Shown here one piece after another: positions 32,145-42,084 of a stretch of DNA of 64,000 nucleotides. Position 1 is the first letter of the stretch. Each line of letters begins with the position of its first letter. This DNA comes from Methanosarcina barkeri (GTDB lineage: Archaea > Halobacteriota > Methanosarcinia > Methanosarcinales > Methanosarcinaceae): positions 16,785-80,784 of the forward strand of contig CALCXE010000314.1 in assembly GCA_937906725.1 (NCBI GenBank), in the 5' to 3' direction. The notes below the pieces were generated by a model, which saw nothing but the letters and a program-made list of their open reading frames with translations, had not been told where the DNA came from and searched no databases. Position numbers and translations under genes: made by a program.

Positions 32145-34127
32145 TCACTTTGCAACTTTTATATATTTCCATTTTGATTTTGTACTACTTCCTGCTTCAT
32201 TTGTTGCTGTGAGTTTAACCGTGTAAGTTCCTGCAGACGAATATGTGTGTGTTGGACTCTTTTCTGTTGAATACTTTCCATCTCCGAAATCCCATTTCCA
32301 TGAGGTTGGCGATCCCTTGCTCGTCTCTGTGAATGTTACCTTTAGTGGAGCTTTTCCTGAGAGTGGCCAGCCCCAGAAATCTGCAGTCGGAGCTTGCGAA
32401 GTTCCTGTCACGGTTATATAATTTGATTTTGTCACCGTGTTGATGCCTACCGCATTGGTTACTTTGAGGGTTACCGTGTATTTTCCTGCTTTTGAATACT
32501 TATGCGTTGGATTCTGTTTGGTTGAACTTATTCCATCTCCAAAATCCCATTTCCATTTCGTTGGTGATCCTGTGCTTTTGTCAGTAAATTTAACGTTTAA
32601 CGGAGATTTTCCTGAAGTTGGAGATGCAGAAAATGCAGCAGCGGGTTTTGCTGTCACGGTTATATAATTTGATTTTGTCACTGTGTTGATGCCTGCCGCA
32701 TTGGTTACTGTGAGGGTTACTGTATATTTTCCGGCTTTGGAATACTTATGAGTTGGATTCTGAAGGAATGACTTTGATCCATCTCCAAAATCCCATTTCC
32801 ATTTCGTGGGTGTTCCTGTGCTTGTGTCGGTAAATTTAACATTTAATGGAGCTCTTCCTGAAGTAGGAGATACAGAGAATGCAGCAACGGGTTTTGCTAT
32901 TACTTTTATATAATCTGTTTTTGTTGCTGTGTTGCTGCCTGCAGCATTTGTTACTGTAAGTTTAACAGTATAAACTCCTACTTTTGAGTACTTATGCGTT
33001 GGATTCTGTTTGGTTGAAGTTGTTCCGTCTCCAAAATCCCATTTCCATTTCTTTGGTGTTCCTGTACTTTTATCGGAAAAGAATACAGATAATGGGGCTT
33101 TCCCGGATATTGGAATTGCAGAAAAGTTTGCGACAGGAATTATTAGTGTCGGTTCACCTTCTGGAATAGTACCCACATAGACATCACCGTCGTTGTCATT
33201 GCGGTTATCAGTCCATATAATCCTGTTACCATATATTGAAGGTGCTCCAAATCCTTTAATTAGACGATATTCCTGGCCAGTAGAGATGTTATATAGATAT
33301 AGTAAACTACCTATATCTCTCTCATCTTCATACACTATCCTGTCACCATAGATACTTGGACTATATGATGGCCCAATGGTAGTTATTCGGGTTTCTTTTT
33401 TAGTGGAAATGTCATACATGTAGATGTTACTTTTCCCATTGCGATTATCTTCCCACACTATCCTGTCACCATATATACTATGAGCATCTGCCGATCCACT
33501 GTTGGTTATCCTAATTTCCTTCTGAGTAGAAATATCGTACATGTAAAGATCATGTTTTCCATTGCGAACATCTGACCATACTATTCTGTCACCGTAGATA
33601 ACAGGAGCGTATTGATCTGATTCATTGCCAGTTAGTTTAATTTCCTTGTTAGTGGATAGATCGTACAGATAGATATCGGCATCACTATAATTGCCAATAT
33701 CCGACCGTACTAGCTTGTCACCATAGATACTATAACCACCAGATGTCGGTCCACTAGTATTTAATCGTGTTTCTTTTTTAGTGGAAATATTATACACATA
33801 AATATCGCTGTTGTCCCTACTCTCCCAAAATATCTTATTACCATAGATAGAACAAGAGTATACAGGTACACTAGTGGTTATGTGGGTTTCCTTATTAGTG
33901 GATAGATCGTACATATAGAGATCGCCATGAAGGGTATTCCAAACTATTATATCATTGTAAATGTCCCTACAATTCACTCCTCCAGACGTAGTTATCCGAG
34001 TTTCATTGATAGTGAGCGAAGCATTTTGCTCAGTAGCTGCCAATGCCGTAGATGAAATCATAATTAAAAATAAAACCAGGGCTGATGATGCTAAGGCTAC
34101 TGAATGCGATTTTTTGTTAAGTTTCAC
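32145..34127 (-). CDS. Surface protein: TolB-like beta-propeller plus 4 PKD domains
   Basis: GTG start after GGAGGAGG; propeller repeats; PKD repeats. Confidence 0.9.
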   Translation of the reverse strand: MKLNKKSHSVALASSALVLFLIMISSTALAATEQNASLTINETRITTSGGVNCRDIYNDIIVWNTLHGDLYMYDLSTNKETHITTSVPVYSCSIYGNKIFWESRDNSDIYVYNISTKKETRLNTSGPTSGGYSIYGDKLVRSDIGNYSDADIYLYDLSTNKEIKLTGNESDQYAPVIYGDRIVWSDVRNGKHDLYMYDISTQKEIRITNSGSADAHSIYGDRIVWEDNRNGKSNIYMYDISTKKETRITTIGPSYSPSIYGDRIVYEDERDIGSLLYLYNISTGQEYRLIKGFGAPSIYGNRIIWTDNRNDNDGDVYVGTIPEGEPTLIIPVANFSAIPISGKAPLSVFFSDKSTGTPKKWKWDFGDGTTSTKQNPTHKYSKVGVYTVKLTVTNAAGSNTATKTDYIKVIAKPVAAFSVSPTSGRAPLNVKFTDTSTGTPTKWKWDFGDGSKSFLQNPTHKYSKAGKYTVTLTVTNAAGINTVTKSNYITVTAKPAAAFSASPTSGKSPLNVKFTDKSTGSPTKWKWDFGDGISSTKQNPTHKYSKAGKYTVTLKVTNAVGINTVTKSNYITVTGTSQAPTADFWGWPLSGKAPLKVTFTETSKGSPTSWKWDFGDGKYSTEKSPTHTYSSAGTYTVKLTATNEAGSSTKSKWKYIKVAK

Positions 34128-34570
34128 TTATCCTCCTCCTTAATCTTTAATTTATTTTTCATATAAAAAATGTTAATAATTTAGAGATATATACATTTTT
34201 AAACTTTATCATTTAAATCTAAGCTTTAAGAAAATGTGTAATTTTAGAGAATTTGTTTCGAGAAAAAGAATAAGGTTGCAGTAAATCCGTACAAAAATAG
34301 CGAAGTTTTTCGGTACAAAAAAGTAAAAGAAAACTTTTGAGAATTTTAAATGACCTTTGAAAGAGTCAAAAACTCAGATAGGAAACGCTACTGAAAATCA
34401 TAAAATTAAAATCTTTCTAAAAAATTGCCAAAAAGACGGGTGAGCTCATTTATTAATCTCAAATCAACAACTTAAGGATACTTCCGGATAAGAAATAAGG
34501 AACAATGAAAAATAAATAAAAAAGTGAGCAAAAGAAGAGAGACAGTTTCCTGTCCACCTTCTTCCAGAAA

Positions 34571-36286
34571 TTATTTGTGGGCAAAATACGCCACAACTTC
34601 TCCTTCGTTTACGGCGTCGATCCTGCAAAAACCGAAGCGCTCAAACTGTACAATGTTGTCAAGTTCGGCTGCGATCCCCTGCTCACCGATACCGTTAAGA
34701 TCACCTTCGGGGCCGCGTACTTTCACATTTATTCCGTCAAGCGGGGCCCAGTGGATAATTTTCGCTTTTGCTTTTTTAAGGGCTTCAAGAGAAACATCAG
34801 AGAGCTTTGCCTGAAGCGGGGAAAGGGAAGTAACCTCTATATTGCAGAAATCTTTTAAGCGGATAACAGAACCCACTTCCAATTTTTCAACATCCTCAAT
34901 GCAGACAAGAACCTTATTTCCTACAGCAATTTCCCTGAGTCCTCTTGTATGGTCAGTAGGGTGAAGGGGAAGCTTAGCAACTGTCGGTTCTGCATCTGTA
35001 ATTTCCAGTTCTACAGGGTCCCAGACAAAGAAATAACGGTTTGCAATAGGGTCCACGATTTTGCGGTTTTCGGCATAGAGAGACTCCATGCTTATACTCA
35101 CGTCAGTCATTCCGACTCCCATCTCTATCATGAACTTCTTCAGAGCCTCGGCCTGGATTCCACGGCGCCTGATTGCCCGGATTGTAGGGAGTCTGGGATC
35201 GTCCCAGCCGCTGTATTCCCCTGCTTCGATAGCTTTTCTCAGGGTACTGGTACTGAATTTCCCAAATTCGTGGATCTTGACCCTGCCCCAGTGAGTTGTT
35301 CTCGGATACTTCCAGCCAAAGTATTTGTAAACATATCCCTGCCGCTTTTCGCTGTCTATAAGGTCTTTACCCCGGATGATGTGAGTCATTCCCAGTTCGT
35401 GGTCTTCGATTGCACCTGCAAAATCAAGAAGTGGCCAGACAATATACTTGTTCCCGATTTCAGGGCGGGGATGCGACATTTTTCTTATCCTGAAGGCTCC
35501 CCAGTCCCTCAATGCAGGATCTTTGTGCTTTATATCGGTCTTAATCCTCAGCACTGCCTGCTGGTCTTCATATTCTCCGGCAAGCATTTTCTCCCAGTGC
35601 ATGAGGTTTTCTTCAGGGCTTGTATCCCTATGTGGGCAAGCCTGTTTTGCATCCTTAAACCGTTTGAAATCTTCTCCTTTACAAAAACAGACATAAGCCT
35701 TGCCCATCTCGATAAGTTTTCTTGCGTAATCGTAATAGAGAGGAAAATGGTCAGAAGCATAAACAACCCTGTCAGGCACAACCTCAAGCCATCTGAAGTC
35801 GTCGAGATACCAGTCATAAGCCTCAAGCATAGGCCGCTTTATATCAGGATCGGTATCATCAAAACGCAGGACAAATTTTCCGTTGTACACTTTCACGTAT
35901 TCAGAATTAACTACCATGCCTCTTGCACTACCAAGGGTTGCGGGCCCGTTTGGATTCGGGGCAAAACGCATTACAACTTTGCCATTTTCTGCTCCTTCAA
36001 GAGGTTTTAAGCCTTTATCAGGCTCCTTTTTTACACTAAGGGCTTCAATAAGCTCTGGGGCAATTTCCGAAAGCTTTGCCTCCCAGGTTTCAGGATTTCC
36101 CTTTGCAATCTCGGGAATAATAACTTCAAGAGCCTCAGATACTGCATTGGGGTCAGATCTGAGTTGGGGGCACTCCCCCATAACTTTGCCCATTACAGCT
36201 TTAGGTTGGGGGGCTTTCCCGTATTTTACAGCATTTTGATAAGCGTATTTTTCAATTGTTTTAATGTCTTCAGGACTTAAGGTCAT
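34571..36286 (-). CDS. gltX: Glutamate--tRNA ligase (archaeal type)
   Basis: RFAPNPNG, LRFDDTDP, THIIRGKD and VQFERFGF motifs; start placed at MTLSPED after GGAGA. Confidence 0.96.
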   Translation of the reverse strand: MTLSPEDIKTIEKYAYQNAVKYGKAPQPKAVMGKVMGECPQLRSDPNAVSEALEVIIPEIAKGNPETWEAKLSEIAPELIEALSVKKEPDKGLKPLEGAENGKVVMRFAPNPNGPATLGSARGMVVNSEYVKVYNGKFVLRFDDTDPDIKRPMLEAYDWYLDDFRWLEVVPDRVVYASDHFPLYYDYARKLIEMGKAYVCFCKGEDFKRFKDAKQACPHRDTSPEENLMHWEKMLAGEYEDQQAVLRIKTDIKHKDPALRDWGAFRIRKMSHPRPEIGNKYIVWPLLDFAGAIEDHELGMTHIIRGKDLIDSEKRQGYVYKYFGWKYPRTTHWGRVKIHEFGKFSTSTLRKAIEAGEYSGWDDPRLPTIRAIRRRGIQAEALKKFMIEMGVGMTDVSISMESLYAENRKIVDPIANRYFFVWDPVELEITDAEPTVAKLPLHPTDHTRGLREIAVGNKVLVCIEDVEKLEVGSVIRLKDFCNIEVTSLSPLQAKLSDVSLEALKKAKAKIIHWAPLDGINVKVRGPEGDLNGIGEQGIAAELDNIVQFERFGFCRIDAVNEGEVVAYFAHK

Positions 36287-36685
36287 AGAAGCTTCTCCCA
36301 AATACTTATTATTTATATTCAGAATTAGATCCAACAACAAAATATGATCAATTGTATAATTTTATATAATTAATTACTGAATCTAACAAACGATAATATG
36401 TACATTTTCAAAATTTTACTTATTGGTGGATTTCTGGATATAACTCGAAAATTGTGTTAAAGTATTTAGTTTCTTTCCAAGAGATAATAGACCCATCTAA
36501 AAAATTCAATAATTAATTCAGCATTAATTCAGATTGCTTTCTCATTTTGAGTATATTTTCTATACTACCTTGTAAACCCGAAAAGTAGTTTTTGCCTTTC
36601 CACCAATTCTAGAAGACTCTATTACGTACTAGTACTTAATAGTGCATCGATTCCAAATTATTTCAGAAATGAATTTTTTGAAATT

Positions 36686-36758
36686 CACTGAAAGCACGGA
36701 AGGCACGGAAATAAGGTAGTAAAAGCGTGTTTTTTCCGTGCCTTCCGTGTTTTCTGTG
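36686..36758. repeat. Long GC-rich inverted repeat (REP-like hairpin)
   Basis: CACTGAAAGCACGGAAGGCACGGAAA ... TTTCCGTGCCTTCCGTGTTTTCTGTG. Confidence 0.8.
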
Positions 36759-36996
36759 GTTAATATACAGTTCAAATCACTCTGCAATAGGCTCCATTTA
36801 CAGAAGAACTCCATATAACTTTAAAATAATATTTACGTCACAAGCTGTAATCATTTTCTCATTATATATCTACTTGAGAATCTATGCACAATTAGGGTTT
36901 ACTATTGGTAAATTTTTCTCTCAAAAATACTACTCCATATGATAAAAGTCAGCAAATAAATAACCCTATCACTCTTTTCTGACTTCACTTTTTATC

Positions 36997-37115
36997 CAGG
37001 ACTTACGCAGTTGAACTGAAAAATCAACAGCATCAGACTGTTAACTGTTTAAAACGTGACTTTAATCTACAGTCTTTACCGTAATTGATTTTGTTCCTGA
37101 AGTGCGTAAATCCTA
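36997..37115. mobile_element. MITE (119 bp) with 5-bp target-site duplication TTATC
   Basis: Terminal inverted repeats AGGACTTACGCA / TGCGTAAATCCT; TTATC at 36992-36996 and 37116-37120. Confidence 0.8.
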
Positions 37116-37141
37116 TTATCGTTTGAATTTACGATATTCAC

Positions 37142-38896
37142 TTATTTTTTCACTATGATATAATTAGATATAGTTTTAGTATTGCTTCCCTTGACGTTTT
37201 TAACTGTTAAGCTGGCAGTGTATTTTCCTACTTTGCTGTATTTATGTACAGGGTTCTTGGCTGTTGAATAAGTTCCGTCTCCAAAGCTCCATTTCCATGA
37301 AGTTGGAATATTGCTGCTTTTGTCAGTAAACTGCACATTCAGTGGTGCTTTTCCTGAGGTTGGCTTTGCCGAAAAAGAAGCAACCGGAGCTTTCAACGTG
37401 TTTACGACAATATAATTCTTTATTGTTTTCGTACTGCTTCCTGCGGCATTCTTTACTGTTAAACTGACAGTATATTTTCCCGCTTTACTGTAGGTATATG
37501 CAGGACTCTTGGATGTCGAAGTTTTTCCATCTCCGAAGCTCCATTTCCATGAAGTTGGACTATTGGCACTTTTGTCAGTAAATGTTACTTTCAGTGGTGC
37601 ATATCCTGAAGTTGGGGATGCGGAAAAAGCAGCAACAGGTTTTACAGGAACTGTCTTTACAGTTATATAATCCTTTATTGTTTTCGTATTTGTTCCAGCA
37701 GAATTCTTTACTGTTAAACTTACAGTATATTTTCCGGCTTTAGTGTACGTGTATGCAGGATTCCTGAATGTTGAAGTTTTTCCATCTCCAAAGTTCCATT
37801 TCCATGATGTTGGAGAGCCTGTACTCTTATCCGAAAACTGAACCTTCAGTGGAACATTTCCTGAAGTTGGAGATGCAGAAAATGCAGCAACAGGTTTTGA
37901 ACTGAGGGTAGCCATGTAAATATCGGAACCTTCGTTGCGAATATCGTCCCATACTATCCTGTCTCCATAAATAGCTGGACTTCCTGCTGATCCACTAGTG
38001 CTAATTTGAGTTTCCTTCTTAGTAGAGATATCATACATGTAGATATTGGAGTTATTGGTCCACACAATCCTGTTACTGTAGATTTCAAATTCGACTATAC
38101 CGCTTTTAATCGTAGTAATCTTTTTAGTGGAGATATCATACATTATAATATCAGGTTCTGGGCCCCACCCAGGTTCCGTCATCTCATAAGATTGCACCCA
38201 CAATATCTTATTCCCGTAGATACGAAGATTAGATGCTGATGATCTAAGTATCTGAGTCTCCTTCTTAGTAGAAAGATCATACATGTAGACGTCGCAGTAG
38301 GGGAACGGAAGACCTCCTTCGATAAAACTCGTCCAGACTATTATGTTATTGTAAATTGAAGGGTCCTCAGCATTTCCACCAGTGGTTATTTGAGTCTCCT
38401 TTTTAGTGGAAAGGTCGTACATGTAAATATCGTAGTTTCCGTTGCGCCCATCTAACCATACAACTTTATTACCGAATATAGCAGGACTTCTTGCTGATCC
38501 ACTTGTGCTAATTTGAGTTTCTTTCTTATTAGAAGCGTCATACATGTAAATATCTAATTTATCATTGCGGTAATCTGCCCAGACTATCATATTCTCATAA
38601 ATTCCATTAGAACCTCCTGTTTGATATGCCGTAATCTTAGTTTTTTTATTAGTGGAAAAATCATACAGGTAGAATCCACCTTCATTAATAATAGTGCCAC
38701 CGGACCATACATCATCCTCGTCCCATATTATCCTGTTCCCATAGATTGAAGGATAGTGTGCGTATCCGCTGGTGGTTATCCGTGTTTCGGTAATCGTTAA
38801 CGGAGCTGCAGATGCCGCAGATGGTACAAGAATTAAAAATAATATCAGGGCTACTGAAGCTAAGGTTACTGAATATAATTTTTTGTTAGTCTTCAT
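37142..38896 (-). CDS. Surface protein: TolB-like beta-propeller plus 3 PKD domains
   Basis: Start at MKTNKK after GGAGGAGG, as in paralogs; propeller and PKD repeats. Confidence 0.9.
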   Translation of the reverse strand: MKTNKKLYSVTLASVALILFLILVPSAASAAPLTITETRITTSGYAHYPSIYGNRIIWDEDDVWSGGTIINEGGFYLYDFSTNKKTKITAYQTGGSNGIYENMIVWADYRNDKLDIYMYDASNKKETQISTSGSARSPAIFGNKVVWLDGRNGNYDIYMYDLSTKKETQITTGGNAEDPSIYNNIIVWTSFIEGGLPFPYCDVYMYDLSTKKETQILRSSASNLRIYGNKILWVQSYEMTEPGWGPEPDIIMYDISTKKITTIKSGIVEFEIYSNRIVWTNNSNIYMYDISTKKETQISTSGSAGSPAIYGDRIVWDDIRNEGSDIYMATLSSKPVAAFSASPTSGNVPLKVQFSDKSTGSPTSWKWNFGDGKTSTFRNPAYTYTKAGKYTVSLTVKNSAGTNTKTIKDYITVKTVPVKPVAAFSASPTSGYAPLKVTFTDKSANSPTSWKWSFGDGKTSTSKSPAYTYSKAGKYTVSLTVKNAAGSSTKTIKNYIVVNTLKAPVASFSAKPTSGKAPLNVQFTDKSSNIPTSWKWSFGDGTYSTAKNPVHKYSKVGKYTASLTVKNVKGSNTKTISNYIIVKK

Positions 38897-39234
38897 TAAT
38901 CCTCCTCCTATCTTTTTCATTTGAAAAAAACTAATATTCAAACTTGATTTTAATTTTTAAATTATTTTCGATTAAAGTTAAAATTTTTATAAATATGATA
39001 ATACAAGAGTTCATCAGGAGGCAAAAATAGAATAAAAACCAATCTGCGCAGAAATTAGTATTTTAGCATAAACGTAGAGAGAAACCTTGAGGATTTCAAT
39101 AACTGAAAAAGTTAGAATTCAGATAGGTTCAGTCAATCCCTCAAAAAAGGAAAAGATAGTTAAAAAGGAACAAGAGAAGTAGTATAAAAGAAAGAAAATA
39201 GACAACTTTTTCGCCTACGAAATGAATACGGATT

Positions 39235-39540
39235 TTATTTTGGGATGGAATCTTCGATTTCCTGGATGCGAGATATTTTCTCGCTGATTTTCTTAAACTC
39301 GATCTCAAATTCCTCAAGAAATTTTGGAACCGCATCCCCAGGTACGGCACCTTGAGCCGAGGGCTTGATAAGGTTAGCCTGTTCAAGGACCCTGAGTGAG
39401 TAGCGCACTTTATGGTTCTGCATTCCAGTGACTTCTGAAAGTTTCAGAATCCCGATAGGAGCTTCTTCAATCACTTTCTTAAGCACCAGAAGATGGCGCT
39501 CGGTAAGGTCAAGTTCGTTTCCGATAGGCTCAAACAGCAT
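39235..39540 (-). CDS. Small winged-helix protein (conserved archaeal hypothetical)
   Basis: HTH-like PIGILKLSEVTGMQNHKVRYSLRVLE; start overlaps the upstream stop. Confidence 0.8.
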   Translation of the reverse strand: MLFEPIGNELDLTERHLLVLKKVIEEAPIGILKLSEVTGMQNHKVRYSLRVLEQANLIKPSAQGAVPGDAVPKFLEEFEIEFKKISEKISRIQEIEDSIPK

Positions 39541-40274
39541 CAGACAACCTCGTTTCTAAGTGTTCCGATTCCCTGGATTTCAACTTCCACAATGTCTCCG
39601 CGCTGAAGTTCTCCAACGCCAGGAGGGGTCCCTGTGGCAATGATATCTCCTACTTCCAGGGTCATGATCTCGGTGATAAATTCAATAAGATATGGAATAT
39701 CAAAAATAAGGTTTGAAGTGCTGGAAGCCTGCCTGGTTTCCCCGTTTACCTTGCAGGCAATCTTTGCATCCGAGATATTAACTTCATCGGGAGAAGCGAG
39801 ATAAGGTCCAAAAGCTGCAAAGGTATCAAAGCTCTTTGATCTTGTCCACTGCACGTCCTTATACTGGAGATCCCGTGCAGTCACATCATTAAAGCAGGTA
39901 TAACCAGCAATTACATCCAGGGCCTTTGAGGCTGATATGTTTTTGCAACGTTTACCTATGACGAATGCAAGTTCGGCTTCATATTCTACTCTGGAACTGG
40001 ATGCCGGATAAATTATCTTGTCTTCATGCCCTATAACTGCTGAAGGAGGCTTCAAAAAGAGAACAGGTTCTTCCGGGATTTCCATGTGCATCTCTTCGGC
40101 ATGGTCCCGGTAGTTCAGGCCGACACATACTATTTTTGAAGGAGATGCAGGTGGAAGGACGCGAAGTTCCGAAAGGTTAAAGATTCCTGCGGGAACTCCA
40201 CCTTTTGGATACACGCGCCCATTTTCAATATCTCCGTAAAAAATCTCATCTCCTGATCTGAACCTTCCAATCAT
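39540..40274 (-). CDS. Fumarylacetoacetate hydrolase family protein
   Basis: KIVCVGLNY, YEAELA, NDVTARD and TGTPPGVG motifs. Confidence 0.93.
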   Translation of the reverse strand: MIGRFRSGDEIFYGDIENGRVYPKGGVPAGIFNLSELRVLPPASPSKIVCVGLNYRDHAEEMHMEIPEEPVLFLKPPSAVIGHEDKIIYPASSSRVEYEAELAFVIGKRCKNISASKALDVIAGYTCFNDVTARDLQYKDVQWTRSKSFDTFAAFGPYLASPDEVNISDAKIACKVNGETRQASSTSNLIFDIPYLIEFITEIMTLEVGDIIATGTPPGVGELQRGDIVEVEIQGIGTLRNEVV

Positions 40275-40347
40275 ATCTAGGTCTTCTCCTGCTTACTGGA
40301 ATGACTTAGTCTGCTTTCCTTCATTTTTTTAAAGGATATATTCAAAC

Positions 40348-41127
40348 TTAAATTTTAACTCTTCGCCCACTGGCATCCCGAGTATACTTTCCAAGTTCGG
40401 AATTCAGGAGCTGCACACCTGAAAACACAGGTCCGTCCCTGCAAACCCTGAGCCCGGACTTATCTATACAGCATGCCCCGCAAACTCCTATACCGCACTT
40501 GAAATAGCGATGAAGACTGAATTCGGATCTTTCAAGAACCTTTCTGTCTTCAAGGAGCCTGAAAACCGAAGCCATCATTATTTCCGGCCCGCAGACCGCA
40601 ATTTTGTCATAAACCGAAAGATCGAGGCCATTGAGCACATCGGTTACAAAGCCCTTTGTTCCCTTTGAGCCGTCATCTGTAGAAATGAAGATTTTTCCTG
40701 TTTTTGCAAAGAGTTTCTCAAAAAGAAGGTCATCCGCACTCCGCGCTCCAAGCACAGTATACACCTCCGAGCCTGCACACCGCGCTGCCTCGGCATAAGG
40801 AGCAAGGGGAGCAGCTCCGACCCCTCCTGCAATAACCAGAGTTTTTTCTCCTTCTGAAGGTAGGGAAAAGCCCTTTCCGAAAGGTCCTCTTAACCCGAAA
40901 GAATTCCCTTCTTCCAACTCAAAAAGTTTTGAAGTTGCCTCTCCCACTTTCTGGACAGTTATGGAATTCTTACTCGAGAGGCCCATTGGCACCTCGTCCA
41001 CACCCCTGACCCAGACCATTACAAATTGGCCGGGCTTCATGGTCTCAAACTGGAAATCAAAGAAGAAAGTCCTTACCGAGGGGGACTCTTCATCTATCCT
41101 TGTTATTGTAGCATTAAGAGGAAGCAT
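40348..41127 (-). CDS. pyrK: Dihydroorotate dehydrogenase electron transfer subunit
   Basis: PGQFVMV, GGVGAAP and CGIGVCGAC...VCRDGPVF [2Fe-2S] motif; adjacent to pyrD. Confidence 0.94.
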   Translation of the reverse strand: MLPLNATITRIDEESPSVRTFFFDFQFETMKPGQFVMVWVRGVDEVPMGLSSKNSITVQKVGEATSKLFELEEGNSFGLRGPFGKGFSLPSEGEKTLVIAGGVGAAPLAPYAEAARCAGSEVYTVLGARSADDLLFEKLFAKTGKIFISTDDGSKGTKGFVTDVLNGLDLSVYDKIAVCGPEIMMASVFRLLEDRKVLERSEFSLHRYFKCGIGVCGACCIDKSGLRVCRDGPVFSGVQLLNSELGKYTRDASGRRVKI

Positions 41128-42032
41128 CAGACCATCTCATGGGAAAGTCCTATTAATTCTTTTACATCCGAATATCCTTTCCTCTGCAGGAAAGTTTCGA
41201 TACCTTTACTGATTTCAGAGAAGATATCAAGTCTGTCATAAACAGCCGATCCGACCTGGACAGCTGCAGCTCCCGCCATCATCATTTCTACCGCATCCTG
41301 CCAGGAGGACACTCCTCCTACCCCAATTACAGGGATCTCTAGGGCCGTATAGAGGTCATAAACACATTTGACAGCTACGGGTTTGACGGCTTTTCCTGAA
41401 AGCCCGCCTGAACGGTTTCCCAGGACAGGATATCCTGACTCGATATCTATAGCCATCCCTTTTAAGGTATTAATTGCAACAACCGCATCTGCGCCTCCGG
41501 ATTCAGCCGCACTACCGATGCAGGTAATGTCAGAAACATTAGGGGTAAGCTTAACCCATACAGGCACATTTACCGTTTCTTTTACTGCGGCTGTAATTGC
41601 CTCTACAAGGCAGGGGTTAGAGCCGACTGCAGCTCCGTATCCTTCTGCATGCGGGCAGCTTACATTAAGCTCAAAAGCATCGGGTTTCGCAGGGAGCAGG
41701 CCTTCGGCAACTTCCTTAAACTCGGCAGGGTTTCCACCGAATATGCTTGCAATCACCGGGACTCCTGAGTCCTTTTTTGCAATATCGAGTTCCTGGAGAA
41801 AGTTGGGATAGGAAGGATTCGGAAGTCCCATAGCATTTAGAAATCCGCATTCAAACTTGACCATGCTCGGGTTGGGATGCCCGGTTTTAGGCATGGGACC
41901 TATGGATTTGCTTACAACGCCACCTGCTCCTCCTTCACATGCAACCCTGCACAGCGATGCTCCGGTTGTGCCAAGTATTCCGGCTGCAAGAATGGTCGGA
42001 TTTTTAAGTTTAAGTCCTGTAAGAGTATACAT
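41127..42032 (-). CDS. pyrD: Dihydroorotate dehydrogenase, family 1B catalytic subunit
   Basis: [21 protein letters not shown] and GGLSG motifs. Confidence 0.95.
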   Translation of the reverse strand: MYTLTGLKLKNPTILAAGILGTTGASLCRVACEGGAGGVVSKSIGPMPKTGHPNPSMVKFECGFLNAMGLPNPSYPNFLQELDIAKKDSGVPVIASIFGGNPAEFKEVAEGLLPAKPDAFELNVSCPHAEGYGAAVGSNPCLVEAITAAVKETVNVPVWVKLTPNVSDITCIGSAAESGGADAVVAINTLKGMAIDIESGYPVLGNRSGGLSGKAVKPVAVKCVYDLYTALEIPVIGVGGVSSWQDAVEMMMAGAAAVQVGSAVYDRLDIFSEISKGIETFLQRKGYSDVKELIGLSHEMV

Positions 42033-42084
42033 AGCTGGCTTCCTTTCTGCCCTGTTATATGATTTGCCTTATCATTTTGTGTTA

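Noticed and set aside
15372-32145. Orphan tail copies considered as diversity-generating retroelement template repeats
   Set aside because: There is no reverse transcriptase in the window. The differences include indels and do not appear adenine-specific.
1229-38239. Many + strand ORFs of 60-190 aa overlapping the surface-protein genes
   Set aside because: They are antisense shadows of repetitive PKD and YVTN coding sequence, with no RBS or recognisable motifs.
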